This document shows, in pieces, positions 9,636-19,857 of a stretch of DNA of 41,117 nucleotides. This stretch comes from an uncultured Dehalococcoidia bacterium. Its GTDB lineage: Bacteria; Chloroflexota; Dehalococcoidia; Lucifugimonadales; UBA3495. Each line of letters begins with the position of its first letter. Position 1 is the stretch's first letter. Made by a program: the position numbers and the translations under genes. The notes beneath the pieces were generated by a model. That model searched no databases and had not been told where the DNA came from. It was given only the letters and a program-made list of their open reading frames with translations. Location of the stretch: positions 1-41,117 of the forward strand of contig CATMOE010000032.1 of NCBI GenBank assembly GCA_950072105.1, in the 5' to 3' direction.

Positions 9636-9905
9636 ATGGCCCGATTTATCGCGATTCACAGCGTACCGGGACTTACCGAGGAAGCGTTTAGAGAGAAACT
9701 CAGTGGCGTCGCAAAATGGCGTCCCGACCGGCGCACAACCATCCTCAAGGTTTATGGCGACCTGGATAGCGGCAAGCTGGTTACCGAATGCGAGGCTGTG
9801 GAACAGTCCCACTTTGAAGACTGGATCAACCTGGTAGGCTGGCCCGCCGAGTCCATCCACAAGATAGATGTGATCTGTCAGGTAGGGAACTTCTGGAATC
9901 TATAG
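9636..9905 (+). CDS. small DUF4242-like protein
   Basis: 89 aa, MARFIAIH..., ECEA, GWPAESIHKI pattern; GAGGTG RBS. Confidence 0.7.
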   Translation: MARFIAIHSVPGLTEEAFREKLSGVAKWRPDRRTTILKVYGDLDSGKLVTECEAVEQSHFEDWINLVGWPAESIHKIDVICQVGNFWNL

Positions 9906-9931
9906 CCGCTGGATGAAGGTGGCGCCCGCCC

Positions 9932-10933
9932 CTATGTAAATCCCGGCGCCCCGTCCTGTTCGCCCGTCCCGCTCTCCGGCAGACCGTTCCCAACCGCTGT
10001 CTGACGTAGAGATCCCCCCTGCTCTATGCCCAACCGCATTCGGCTATGCTCCGCGCCGATCTCCGCCCCCAGTATCAAGATCAACGCCGAAACGTAGATC
10101 CAGAATAGCAGCACGATGACGGACGTCACTGACCCGTAAACCTGATTGTAAATGGCCAAGTTATCCAGGTACCAAAGAAACAGGCCCTTGGAGACCTCCA
10201 GCAGAACGGCGGCCACCACCGCGCCGGGCCAGATGTACCGCCAGTAGGTTTTGCAATTGGGCGCAAACCGGTAAATCATCAGAAAAATGAAGATGTTGAT
10301 ACCCCAAGGCACCATCCGTAGCGCCAGGTGCCCCAACCCCAACTGCAGGAAGAACTCTTGAGCGGGTATGCCAAAGTCGCGTTCGGGATCGGTGATTACC
10401 TCAATGACTGACGTTGCCGAGGTAGATATAAGGAACAAGGCGCCCACCGCTAAAGCCATTAAGATGTGCAATGGCTTAGCGACGTAAAACGGCCGGTTGA
10501 CCCGGATACCCCAAGCCCGGTTGACTGACCTGGCCACCGCGCCGAATCCGATGCTGGCGGTCCATAGGAATCCCAGTATCGCGCCGACGCCCACAACTCC
10601 TCGAAACTCCACCACCTCCCCCACGTTCTGTTCCACAAACGCCTTGGAGCCGGGCAGATTCTCGGTAACGAAACTCAGCAACCCTTGATAGGTTCCCTCC
10701 GAAGAGAGCAGGATCCCGCCCAGGGCCAATAACCCTAGGAGCAACGGAAATAGGGAGAGAAGAGCGTAGTAGGCCACTCCCGCGGCCAGGTGGGTGGACT
10801 CGATCTGCTGCATTTCCTTGGCCACCCGCGCAGTGAGAACCAATGTCTTGTTGCGGCAGACCGGGCTATCCAACATGGACCGCTTCAAGTCCCCCAATCG
10901 TGTCTTGGCCGCTGTGAACCGCTCTGTAACCAC
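9932..10933 (-). CDS. YihY/BrkB-family membrane protein
   Basis: AAGVAYYALLSLFP, VNRAWG, YGSVTSVIVLLFWIY, LGAE; multiple TM segments. Confidence 0.9.
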   Translation of the reverse strand: MVTERFTAAKTRLGDLKRSMLDSPVCRNKTLVLTARVAKEMQQIESTHLAAGVAYYALLSLFPLLLGLLALGGILLSSEGTYQGLLSFVTENLPGSKAFVEQNVGEVVEFRGVVGVGAILGFLWTASIGFGAVARSVNRAWGIRVNRPFYVAKPLHILMALAVGALFLISTSATSVIEVITDPERDFGIPAQEFFLQLGLGHLALRMVPWGINIFIFLMIYRFAPNCKTYWRYIWPGAVVAAVLLEVSKGLFLWYLDNLAIYNQVYGSVTSVIVLLFWIYVSALILILGAEIGAEHSRMRLGIEQGGSLRQTAVGNGLPESGTGEQDGAPGFT

Positions 10934-11311
10934 CCTTGCATTTTACCAAGGGACAATTTCGCGAGCAGGCTGAGTCCACGCCGGTTTGGCGGCATTATGG
11001 GTTGGAACGGATGGCGGAGCGAGATGCAGAACCCTTCTGGTTGAGCCTAAAAAGAACTGCTAGACACCCGAACAGGGTCCTTCAACAGGCTGAGGACGGG
11101 CGCTTGCCGCTGGCAATGGCGTCTGGACACATGATCAAGCACGACGGACGAATCGTTCCGAAGCCAAGTCCTTTTGGTGCCCCGAGTTTTACCCTCTTGG
11201 AGGGTTCGGCGTACGTGCCCCTCTTTATGGAGGATGGAGTGAAGTAACTCCCTAGTGAGAGAAAATTGGGAAGGTCTGGAATCCCTTCAGCCGACAGATT
11301 ATACTAGCCGC

Positions 11312-14265
11312 ATGGCAGAGCCATCGCCTCAATCAGAACGAAGTTCGCTACCCCACGCACAGTCGCGTGCCATTTTCGTCGGCCGCCGGCGGGAGATGGC
11401 CGAGCTTACGTCTACCCTAGAGGAAGCCCTGTCTGGCCAAGGGCGGCTGGTTATGCTGGTTGGCGAGCCGGGCATCGGTAAAACGCGCACGACCCAAGAG
11501 CTAGCGTCCTACGCCGAGAGTCGTGGTGCGCAGGTCTTTTGGGGCCGGTGTTATGAGGACGAGGGGACGCCGCCCTATTGGCCTTGGGTTCAGACCATGC
11601 GGTCGTACGTCCAACAAGCCAGCAGGGAACAACTAACCGCAGAGATAGGTTCAGGCGCCGCCGCTATCGCGGAGATCGTTCCCGAGATACTGGGTAAACT
11701 ACCGGGCCTAGAGACGCCTCCGGCCCTGGATCCCGAGGCGGCCCGCTTCCACCTTTTCGACTCTATTACTACCTTCCTGAAAAACGCGGCCCAAAACCAG
11801 CCCCTCATGATGGTGCTGGACGACCTCCACTGGGCCGACCGGTCGTCTCTACTACTTCTGGAGTTTCTAGCTCGAGAGTTAGGGGAGGCTCGAATCTTGC
11901 TGGTGGGCTGCTATCGTGACACCGACCTTTCCCGGCAGCACATACTGACGGAGACCTTGGCCCAGTTATCTCGTGAGCCAGTCTTTCGGCGCCAAGTACT
12001 CCGCGGTTTGAGTCAAGATGATCTTGGGGAATTCATCAATTTAACCACCGGCGTCCAGCTTCCCCAAAATCTGAACGACACTCTTTTTGCCCACACTGAG
12101 GGCAACCCCTTTTTCATGACCGAAATCATTAGGCTGTTGTCGGAAAGTGGAGAGTTGACCGCCGAGCACATCGGCACACCGGAAGGAATAAAAATACCCG
12201 CTGGTGTCCGGGAGGTGATCGGCCAGCGTCTAAACCGGTTATCGGAGCGATGCAACGAGGTGTTGACTACGGCTTCTATCATCGGGAGGGAGTTTGATTT
12301 CCGGCTGCTGAATATCCTGAACGGCGAAATCTTCGAGGAGCAATTGCTCCAATCGGTGGAAGAGGCGGTTTCCTTCCATCTGATCGAGGAAGTGCCCGGC
12401 CGGATGGACCGCTACCAGTTCGTCCACGCCCTGGTTCAACAAACGTTGACGGAGGAGGTGACCACGAGCCGCAACGTGCGGCTGCACGCACGGATCGCGG
12501 AGGCTCTGGAACAGCTGTATGCCGCCGATGTCGAGGCCCAGGCCGCTGAACTAGCCTATCACTACAGTGAGGCGGAAGCGGTATTGGGCACCGAACGGCT
12601 GGGTCACTTCTCCAGGATTGCCGGAGAAAGGGCACTGGCCGCCTACGCCTTCGACGAAGCCTTGGTTTTTTTGAGTCGAGCCCTTGAGGTCAGAGAAGGC
12701 GAGACCGGTCCTCATCTGGCAGAGCGGGCCACCGATGAAGACACTGCCGCGATCTTGTTGGCTCTCGGTTACGCTCAGGCGGCGTTGGACCAGATCAACG
12801 ATGCGCTGACATCGTTTCACCGAGCTTTTGATCTCTACACATCGATGGGCAACGTACCCAAAGCCGTCGAGATTGCTTCGTACGGCCATTCCGGTTATCT
12901 CATTCCTGGGATGAGCGACGTGATGCCCAGGGCGTTGGATCTCGTGGACCCGGATTCCCACGACGCAGGCAATATCCTGGCCAACTACGGTTATGCTCTG
13001 GGCGCGACGGGTGACGGACTCGACAGCGGCTTGGCGGCGCTGGAACGGGCGCTGGCAATCAGCAAGCACGAGAACGATAAAGTATTGGAGGCGCGGACCC
13101 AAGCCAACATGGCTAACGTATATGGGTTCCATTTGCATTGGGAAGAGTGCTTGAACGCAGGGTCACGGGCAATCGAGTTATGCATGGCCCTGGATGATTT
13201 CCAAAGCGAGATGCGGGCCCGGATTTGGGTGGCCACTGCTTTTATAGCGAACGGGGATCCGGAGCAAGCCTCATTTCATAGCGAGCACATGTTAGAGCTT
13301 GCTGAGAGGCGTCGCGATAGGACTTGGATCAGTCGGACCTTCCAACGCGTCCTAATTGTTGAGGTTGCACGGGGCGACTGGAATTCTGCGCGTGAAGTGT
13401 GCCGCCGATACCCTTTTGGACTGGCAATCTCAGTCACGATGTTCATCGACTTATGGTGGGTGATGCCGACTTCGGTAACCTAAGCATCAACCCCTGGCGC
13501 CAGGACATCAATTTGCCAGGGACGTCCGTCCACATGTTAGCCGTGGTTGCCCGGGTGACCGGTGATAGCGGCGTTCTGGCCTTTGCCGAATCCAACGCGG
13601 TCAACCTACTCAATGCAGATCAGCAATTGCCGCAATGGCAGACAGCCGCCAATCTGTCATTGGCTATCGTAGCAGTCGAACGGGACGACAAGGATTCTGC
13701 AGAGCGAATTTACCGATCCCTTCTCCCGGTTCACCAATATTATGCGTGCCCTTTGTGCTCCGATCGGGTCTTGGGGCTTTTGTCCCAGACCATGGAAAAC
13801 AGTGGACAAGCTCAGATCCACTTCGAAGATGCCCTTGTTTTCTGCCGCAATGCAGGCTACCGGCCCGAACTGGCCTGGACCTGCTTCGACTACGCTGACA
13901 TGCTGCTTGGCCGGAATGAGTCAGGTGATGTTACTAAGGCGATGTCCCTGTTGGACGAATCCCTTGCCGTCTCCACCGAGCTAGGTATGCGGCCATTGAT
14001 GGAGCGGATCACCGAACGGCTGGACTGGATCCAGGCACTGCCGTCGCCGGCCCCAACATATCCTGCCGGCCTGTCCCAGCGGGAGGTAGAAGTGCTGCGC
14101 CTAATTTCCGCTGGCAAGACCGACCGGGAGATTGCTGAGGAACTGTTCATCAGCTTCCGAATCGTCGGCAACCACGTGAGAAACATCCTCAACAAGACCA
14201 ACACCATCAACCGCACCGAAGCGGCGACATATGCCAACCAACACGGGCTTATACATTCCAGTTAG
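11312..14265 (+). pseudogene. AAA-ATPase/TPR/LuxR-HTH transcriptional regulator, split by a frameshift near 13451
   Basis: 5' frame: FVGRRREM, Walker A GEPGIGKT, LDDLHWAD, TEGNPFF. 3' frame: HFEDAL..ELGMRPLMER, then LuxR HTH GLSQREVEVLRLI. The two frames overlap. Confidence 0.8.
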
Positions 14266-14556
14266 GAAGGGAAGTTCACAAAACCCGGGCAAATGACCGG
14301 CTTCGGATACCCCATCTCGCTGCCACCGACACCGCCAGTCCGTGTTGCTGACCCTCCCCCGTCTTCACCAAGAAAAAGATCGTTAGGCCATCTTATCTGA
14401 TCTATAAAGCCAAGTACCGCTGCCGGGGATGGTTATCCTCGAATCTTAGGCCGCTGCCGCCGGCGATCGCTCTTTCCGGGATGGATGGCTCAGGGTGATT
14501 CCACCGTTATTGGTGGCCCCGATGTATTCGACGAGAATCGCTGTTTCGTTTTGCCA

Positions 14557-15036
14557 CTACATGACTCCCCATGATTTTGGGGGCCAGTAGCAGAGCCAAA
14601 CCCGGCCTAAGATCTGCGCTGCGGGTACGGAACCGAAGGCCCGGCTGTCGTCGTGGCTTTCCGGGCGGTTGTCACCCATCACGACATATTCCCCCGCGTC
14701 GTTCCACCATTCCTTTTGGGGTGGATCTTCTTGGTCTGGATTCGGGATGGGATAGTCCTCCTCCAGCGGGACATCGTCGAGATATGCTCGGCCTCCCTCG
14801 ATCCGGACGTGTTCGCCCGGAAGGCCGATGATTCGCTTCACGTAGATACCGGCGAGCCCCATGGGGTGGCGGTGCACCATGATGTCGCCGCGTTCCAGAG
14901 GGCGGGATGACCGGCTCGATCTTGCCACAAGAACGTATTGGCCGTCAGCTAAGGCTGGAAACATGCTGTTCCCGGCGATTTTGTAGGGCCGGGAGGTGAA
15001 TATTTGGACGAGGGTTCGATAAAGAAACATGGCCAT
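14557..15036 (-). CDS. lepB: signal peptidase I
   Basis: GNSMFPAL (catalytic Ser), YVKRIIGLPGE (catalytic Lys), MGDNR, DSRAFG; start uncertain. Confidence 0.85.
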   Translation of the reverse strand: MAMFLYRTLVQIFTSRPYKIAGNSMFPALADGQYVLVARSSRSSRPLERGDIMVHRHPMGLAGIYVKRIIGLPGEHVRIEGGRAYLDDVPLEEDYPIPNPDQEDPPQKEWWNDAGEYVVMGDNRPESHDDSRAFGSVPAAQILGRVWLCYWPPKSWGVM

Positions 15037-15074
15037 GCGGTAGTGTACCAGGTGGTCACGATGTTCCCGTAGGC

Positions 15075-15102
15075 GTAGGGACGCACGGCCGTGCGTCCCT
15101 AC
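15075..15102. repeat. GTAG-type REP-like 28-bp perfect palindrome
   Basis: GTAGGGACGCACGG/CCGTGCGTCCCTAC. Confidence 0.8.
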
Positions 15103-15211
15103 CAGCATCAAGACAAGGGCGGCTTCAGCTCCAGACTATTCGTGCTGGACGCGACTGTAGGCGCACCCTATAATGACACGACCCCTTCACATAACGTCCA
15201 AGGAGACCTCC

Positions 15212-16276
15212 ATGGCCAACGGAATTGTCCGGGTGGGTTTGGTTGGTGCGGGCGGCAATACCCGTCTCCGGCATGCCCCCGGGTTTAGGGACCAGAGTGG
15301 TGTTGAGATAGTAAGCGTGGCCAACCGCAGCCGGGAGTCCGGGGAGCGGTTCGCTGGGGAGTTTGAGATTCCCAAAGTCTACGATAGCTGGGTGGACCTG
15401 ATAAACGCCGACGATACTGACGCTATCTGTATCGGCACCTGGCCCTACATGCACCGCACGTTGACCCTGGCCGCCTTGGAAGCCGGCAAACACGTACTGT
15501 GCGAAGCCCGCATGGCCATGAACGCCAAGGAAGCCCATGACATGCTGGACGCCTCCCGGCTCAAACCCCACCTGATCGCCCAGATAGTTCCAGCGCCAAG
15601 CACGCTGGATGTGGACTCCACGATACAGGGGTTGATAGCCGACGGGTATTTAGGTGAGATATTGGCGGTGAAACTCCGGGTTTCCAACACCGAAGGCCGG
15701 GCGAACCGTAACGACACCTTCGTCGACACCGAAGCGCCTTTCCACTGGCGCCAGAACCAGTTGCTTAGCGGCTACAACGCCATGAGCATGGGGATCTGGT
15801 ACGAACAACTCATGCGGTACGTGGGGCCGGCCTCCAAGGTATCGGCAATGACCAAGGTATGCGTACGGCAGCGGCTGGACGAAAATGGCGTGATGCGGGC
15901 GGTTTCCGTTCCCGACCATATAAACGTGATCTGCCAGATGGCCTGCGGGGCCCAGGCGGACCTGAGTTGGAGTTCGGTGTCCGGCTTGCAGAAGGGCAAT
16001 GAGCTTTGGCTCTTGGGGACCGAAGGGACCCTGAACCTGAAGGGCGCGCCCAACGTTTTGTATGGTGGCCGAAAGGGGGACACCGAGCTATCGGAGATTC
16101 CCATACCGGCGGAAAATAAAGGCGCTTGGCGGGTGGAAGAGGAGTTCATTAACGCCATCCGGGGCGAAGAGCAAATCACCCGCACCCCCTTCGACGTTGG
16201 CGTCCAATACATGGAGTTTACCGAGGCCGTTGCCCGCAGCTCGCAGACAGGGCAGGCCATCTCGTTGCCTTTATGA
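15212..16276 (+). CDS. Gfo/Idh/MocA-family oxidoreductase (copy 1)
   Basis: VGLVGAGG Rossmann motif, GKHVLCEARMA; AAGGAG RBS. Confidence 0.92.
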   Translation: MANGIVRVGLVGAGGNTRLRHAPGFRDQSGVEIVSVANRSRESGERFAGEFEIPKVYDSWVDLINADDTDAICIGTWPYMHRTLTLAALEAGKHVLCEARMAMNAKEAHDMLDASRLKPHLIAQIVPAPSTLDVDSTIQGLIADGYLGEILAVKLRVSNTEGRANRNDTFVDTEAPFHWRQNQLLSGYNAMSMGIWYEQLMRYVGPASKVSAMTKVCVRQRLDENGVMRAVSVPDHINVICQMACGAQADLSWSSVSGLQKGNELWLLGTEGTLNLKGAPNVLYGGRKGDTELSEIPIPAENKGAWRVEEEFINAIRGEEQITRTPFDVGVQYMEFTEAVARSSQTGQAISLPL

Positions 16277-16295
16277 CCCTTAAGGGAGATATTTA

Positions 16296-17333
16296 GTGCC
16301 TGAAGAAGAGATCAGAGTCGGCTTGATCGGAGCCGGCGGCAACGTCCGCAATCGTCACATCCCCGGCTTTCAAGGGGTGCAAGACCTGTCTATCGTGGCG
16401 GTGGCCAACCGCAGCCTGGAATCCGGCCGCGCCATAGCCGACCAGTTCAACATCCCCCAGGTTTACGGCGATTGGAAAGAACTGCTGGACGATGAAGGAA
16501 TCAACGCCGTCTGCATCGGCACCTGGCCTTATATGCACCGCACGTTGACCCTGGCGGCGTTGGAGAAGGGCAAGCACGTCCTAACCGAAGCCCGCATGGC
16601 CTCCACCGCCCAAGAAGCCCGCGACATGCTTGAAGCCTCTCGCCGGTACCCGAACCTGGTCACGTTGCTAACACCAACGTCAACGGCCTACCGCGTCGAT
16701 ACCCTGATACAGCGAATGATTGGCGGAGGCTACTTGGGAGAGTTGCTGTCGGTGGAAGTTCATGCCCTGCAAACCAGGTTCGCCGACCGGATGGGCGACT
16801 TGCACTGGCGCCATGACTGGGAGATGAGCGGCTACAACTCGTTGAACATCGGCGCCCAATACGAGACCATAGCTCGATGGCTAGGCCGCGCCACCCGCGT
16901 GATGGCCATGTCCAAGACCCACGTTCCCACTCGTAAGAACGGCAGCGGGGATTTCGTGTCGGTGGGCATCCCCGATCATTTGGACGTGATGTACGAACTG
17001 ACCAGCGGCGCCCAGGTGCACATGCGGTTCAGCGCCACCACCGGCCTGTCCACTGGAAACCAGATCTGGCTGTACGGCACCGAAGGGACGATCCACATCG
17101 GCACTGGGCAGACGGTATTCGCCGGTCGCCGGGGCGATAGCCAACTTTCCGAAGTGCCCAATCCCGAGGATCAGCGGGCCGGCTACCGAGTGGAGGAGGA
17201 GTTCACCAACGCTATCCGGGGTCTGGAGCAGGTGAAACACAACTCCTTCGAGATCGGCGTTCACTACATGGAGTGGACCGAAGCCGTTATCCGTAGCGCC
17301 CAGACCGGGCGTTCTGTTTCATTACCTTTGTAA
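16296..17333 (+). CDS. Gfo/Idh/MocA-family oxidoreductase (copy 2)
   Basis: VGLIGAGG, GKHVLTEARMA; paralog of its neighbours. Confidence 0.92.
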   Translation: MPEEEIRVGLIGAGGNVRNRHIPGFQGVQDLSIVAVANRSLESGRAIADQFNIPQVYGDWKELLDDEGINAVCIGTWPYMHRTLTLAALEKGKHVLTEARMASTAQEARDMLEASRRYPNLVTLLTPTSTAYRVDTLIQRMIGGGYLGELLSVEVHALQTRFADRMGDLHWRHDWEMSGYNSLNIGAQYETIARWLGRATRVMAMSKTHVPTRKNGSGDFVSVGIPDHLDVMYELTSGAQVHMRFSATTGLSTGNQIWLYGTEGTIHIGTGQTVFAGRRGDSQLSEVPNPEDQRAGYRVEEEFTNAIRGLEQVKHNSFEIGVHYMEWTEAVIRSAQTGRSVSLPL

Positions 17334-17365
17334 ATCTTACAAGTAATCATTGGAGGAGACTTTTC

Positions 17366-18403
17366 ATGGCTATTGAACCGATTCGCGTAGGATTGATCGG
17401 CGCGGGACGCAACACCCGCGAGCGCCACATGCCGGGATTCGACAAGGTCCCAGGATTAGAGGTCGCGGCGGTCGCCAACCGCAGCCGGGCATCGGGCCGG
17501 GCTGTGGCCGACCAGTTTAATATCCCCACGGTATACGACAATTGGCAGGAACTGTTGGAAGACGAAAGCCTCGACGCCGTGTGCATCGGCACCTGGCCAA
17601 ACATGCACCGCACCCTCACCGTGGCCGCTTTGGAGAAGGGCAAGCACGTGCTCTGCGAAGCCAGGATGGCGACCAACGCCCAAGAAGCCCGCGAAATGCT
17701 TGAGGCCTCTCGGAACCGTCCGGACCAGACCGCCCAGATAGTACCTTCGCCCCTGACTTTCAAGGTGGACCCGCTCCTGCAGCAGATGATCGGCGACGGT
17801 TACCTGGGGGAGTTGCTGTCGGTGGAGGTCCAGTCCTGTTCTCCCAGCTTCGCCGACATCGACGGTCCCATGCATTGGCGCAACGACCGTGACATAAGCG
17901 GGTTCAATATTTTGAACATGGGCATCTGGTACGAAGGAATGATTCGCTGGGTAGGCCGCGCCACCAAGGTCATGGCGATGGCCAAGGTTTGCGTACCCAA
18001 CCGCCGGGATGAAAACGGCGCCTTGGTCCCCGTCAGCATTCCCGATCAGGTTAACGTCCTGTGCGAGCTGGCCAACGGCGCCCAGGCCCACTTGCGTTTC
18101 AGCACCGCCACCGGTCTGGCCACCGGCAACGAAGTATGGTTCCACGGAACCGAAGGGACTATCCGCGTCGACAATGGTCTCAACGTTTTCGCCGGTAAGC
18201 GCGGCGACACCCAGCTAACCGAAGTTCCCAATCCGGACTCCATGCAGGGTTTTTGGAGGGTGGAAGAGGAATTCGCCAATGCCATCCGCGGCACCGAAAC
18301 CATCACCCGCACTCCCTTTGACGTGGGATTGCACTACATGGAGTGGACCGAGGCCGTGACTCGCAGCGCTCAGACCGGACAGACGGTGGCACTGCCGCTT
18401 TAG
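17366..18403 (+). CDS. Gfo/Idh/MocA-family oxidoreductase (copy 3)
   Basis: VGLIGAGR, GKHVLCEARMA; GGAGG RBS. Confidence 0.92.
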   Translation: MAIEPIRVGLIGAGRNTRERHMPGFDKVPGLEVAAVANRSRASGRAVADQFNIPTVYDNWQELLEDESLDAVCIGTWPNMHRTLTVAALEKGKHVLCEARMATNAQEAREMLEASRNRPDQTAQIVPSPLTFKVDPLLQQMIGDGYLGELLSVEVQSCSPSFADIDGPMHWRNDRDISGFNILNMGIWYEGMIRWVGRATKVMAMAKVCVPNRRDENGALVPVSIPDQVNVLCELANGAQAHLRFSTATGLATGNEVWFHGTEGTIRVDNGLNVFAGKRGDTQLTEVPNPDSMQGFWRVEEEFANAIRGTETITRTPFDVGLHYMEWTEAVTRSAQTGQTVALPL

Positions 18404-18487
18404 GGTCAAAGTACGTGGGCCGGCGGCGTAGGTTCAACGTATGGTTCATGCAAAGCTTGCGCCTAAAGTTCTTAATCTTGTGCAAGG

Positions 18488-19654
18488 ATGGGTATGGATA
18501 AAGCTCCTTTCGAGTCTGAAGGAATCTTCCCGGACCAATGGCTACGCCAAGCAGCGGACCGGGGCTTCATCGACTCTGGGGAGTTTAAGATTCCCGACGC
18601 CAACTTCCAGCCGGCCAGCCTGGACCTTCGTCTGGGGGCGAAGGCTTATCGCTTGCGCTGTAGTTTTCTGCCCGACGACAAGACGGTGGGGGAAAAGCTC
18701 GACGACTTCGTGATGGGCGAAGTTGATCTCCGGGACGGCGCCATACTGGAGAGGAACCGGCCTTACCTTATCCCTCTGATCGAAGAGCTACGCCTACCCC
18801 AGAACGTCTACGCGAAAACCAACCCCCGCAGTTCCACGGGCCGTCTGGACATCTTCACCCGGGTGATCTCAGATCGAAGCGCCCGGTTTGATGAGATTTC
18901 CCCCGGATACCACGGCAAGCTATACCTAGAGGTGGCCTCCCGGTCGTTCACCATCCATGTGCAAGAGAGGGTTTCTTTAAACCAACTCCGCCTGATCAGC
19001 GGCAAGTACCGGTCCTCCGAAAATTCTGCCCGGGATTTCCACCAGCATTCGCCGATCATCTTTGCCGGGGGCCAACCGGCGGACGCCAGCTACCTGGATG
19101 GCGATAACGGTGTTTTTCTAAGCATCGACCTCAACGGGGACGAAAATAAGATCGTTGGATACAAGGCCAAGAAGAACAGCCTTCTCCTGGATCTGTGCGC
19201 CATCGGGGGCCATAACGTTGAAGATTTTTGGGACCCGGTGTACCCCGAGAGGAAAAACAGACTGGTCTTGGAACCCGAGGAGTTCTACCTGCTGTTGTCG
19301 GCGGAGACGGTAAGGGTTCCGCCCCTGTTCGCCGCCGAAATGAACGCCTACGAGCCAACCAGCGGGGAATTGCGGACCCATTACGCCGGGTTCTTCGACC
19401 CTGGGTTCGGCTACGACAGTAAAGGCCTCTTGTTGGGGAGCAAGGCCGTTTTGGAAGTCCGGGCTCATGACGTGCCCTTCATGATCGAGAACGGCCAGAA
19501 GGTGTGCCAGCTAGAGTTCCAGACAATGGCCGAAGCCCCTACTGTGCTGTACGGCGCCGACGTCGGGTCGTCATACCAAAATCAGGAATTAACCCTCAGT
19601 AAGCACTTCCGCCGTCCGGAACCTCAAACCCCGGTCCAATACCCCATGTTCTGA
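18488..19654 (+). CDS. dcd: dCTP deaminase (long two-domain type)
   Basis: QPASLDLRLG, NPRSSTGRLDIFTR, HYAGFFDPGFG, VLEVRAHDVPF. Confidence 0.88.
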   Translation: MGMDKAPFESEGIFPDQWLRQAADRGFIDSGEFKIPDANFQPASLDLRLGAKAYRLRCSFLPDDKTVGEKLDDFVMGEVDLRDGAILERNRPYLIPLIEELRLPQNVYAKTNPRSSTGRLDIFTRVISDRSARFDEISPGYHGKLYLEVASRSFTIHVQERVSLNQLRLISGKYRSSENSARDFHQHSPIIFAGGQPADASYLDGDNGVFLSIDLNGDENKIVGYKAKKNSLLLDLCAIGGHNVEDFWDPVYPERKNRLVLEPEEFYLLLSAETVRVPPLFAAEMNAYEPTSGELRTHYAGFFDPGFGYDSKGLLLGSKAVLEVRAHDVPFMIENGQKVCQLEFQTMAEAPTVLYGADVGSSYQNQELTLSKHFRRPEPQTPVQYPMF

Positions 19655-19700
19655 ACTGTGATGCTGTTCTGTCATCCAAATGAGGGTGATGAGGAGAGGT

Positions 19701-19808
19701 CCACCCCCAATCTAACACTCCCCCGTCAAGAGGGAGAGGATAAATCCCTTCCCCCTCGATGGGGGAAGGTTAGAGCCTGCCCGGAGCGCAGCCGAAGGGA
19801 TGGGGGTG
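19701..19808. repeat. REP-like palindromic element with a nested second repeat
   Basis: CCCCCAATCTAAC..CTCCCCC..GGGAGAG and CCTTCCCCC..GGGGGAAGGTTAG..GATGGGGG, interrupted by GCCTGCCCGGAGCGCAGCCGAAGG; lies between convergent genes. Confidence 0.7.
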
Positions 19809-19857
19809 CGTTCGTCTCGACGAGTTTGTTCTTGAAGGAGTACTAGCCCAACCCGCC

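Noticed and set aside
10936..11247. 103-aa ORF
   Set aside because: TTG start without an RBS, runs through repeat-like sequence, no recognisable motif.
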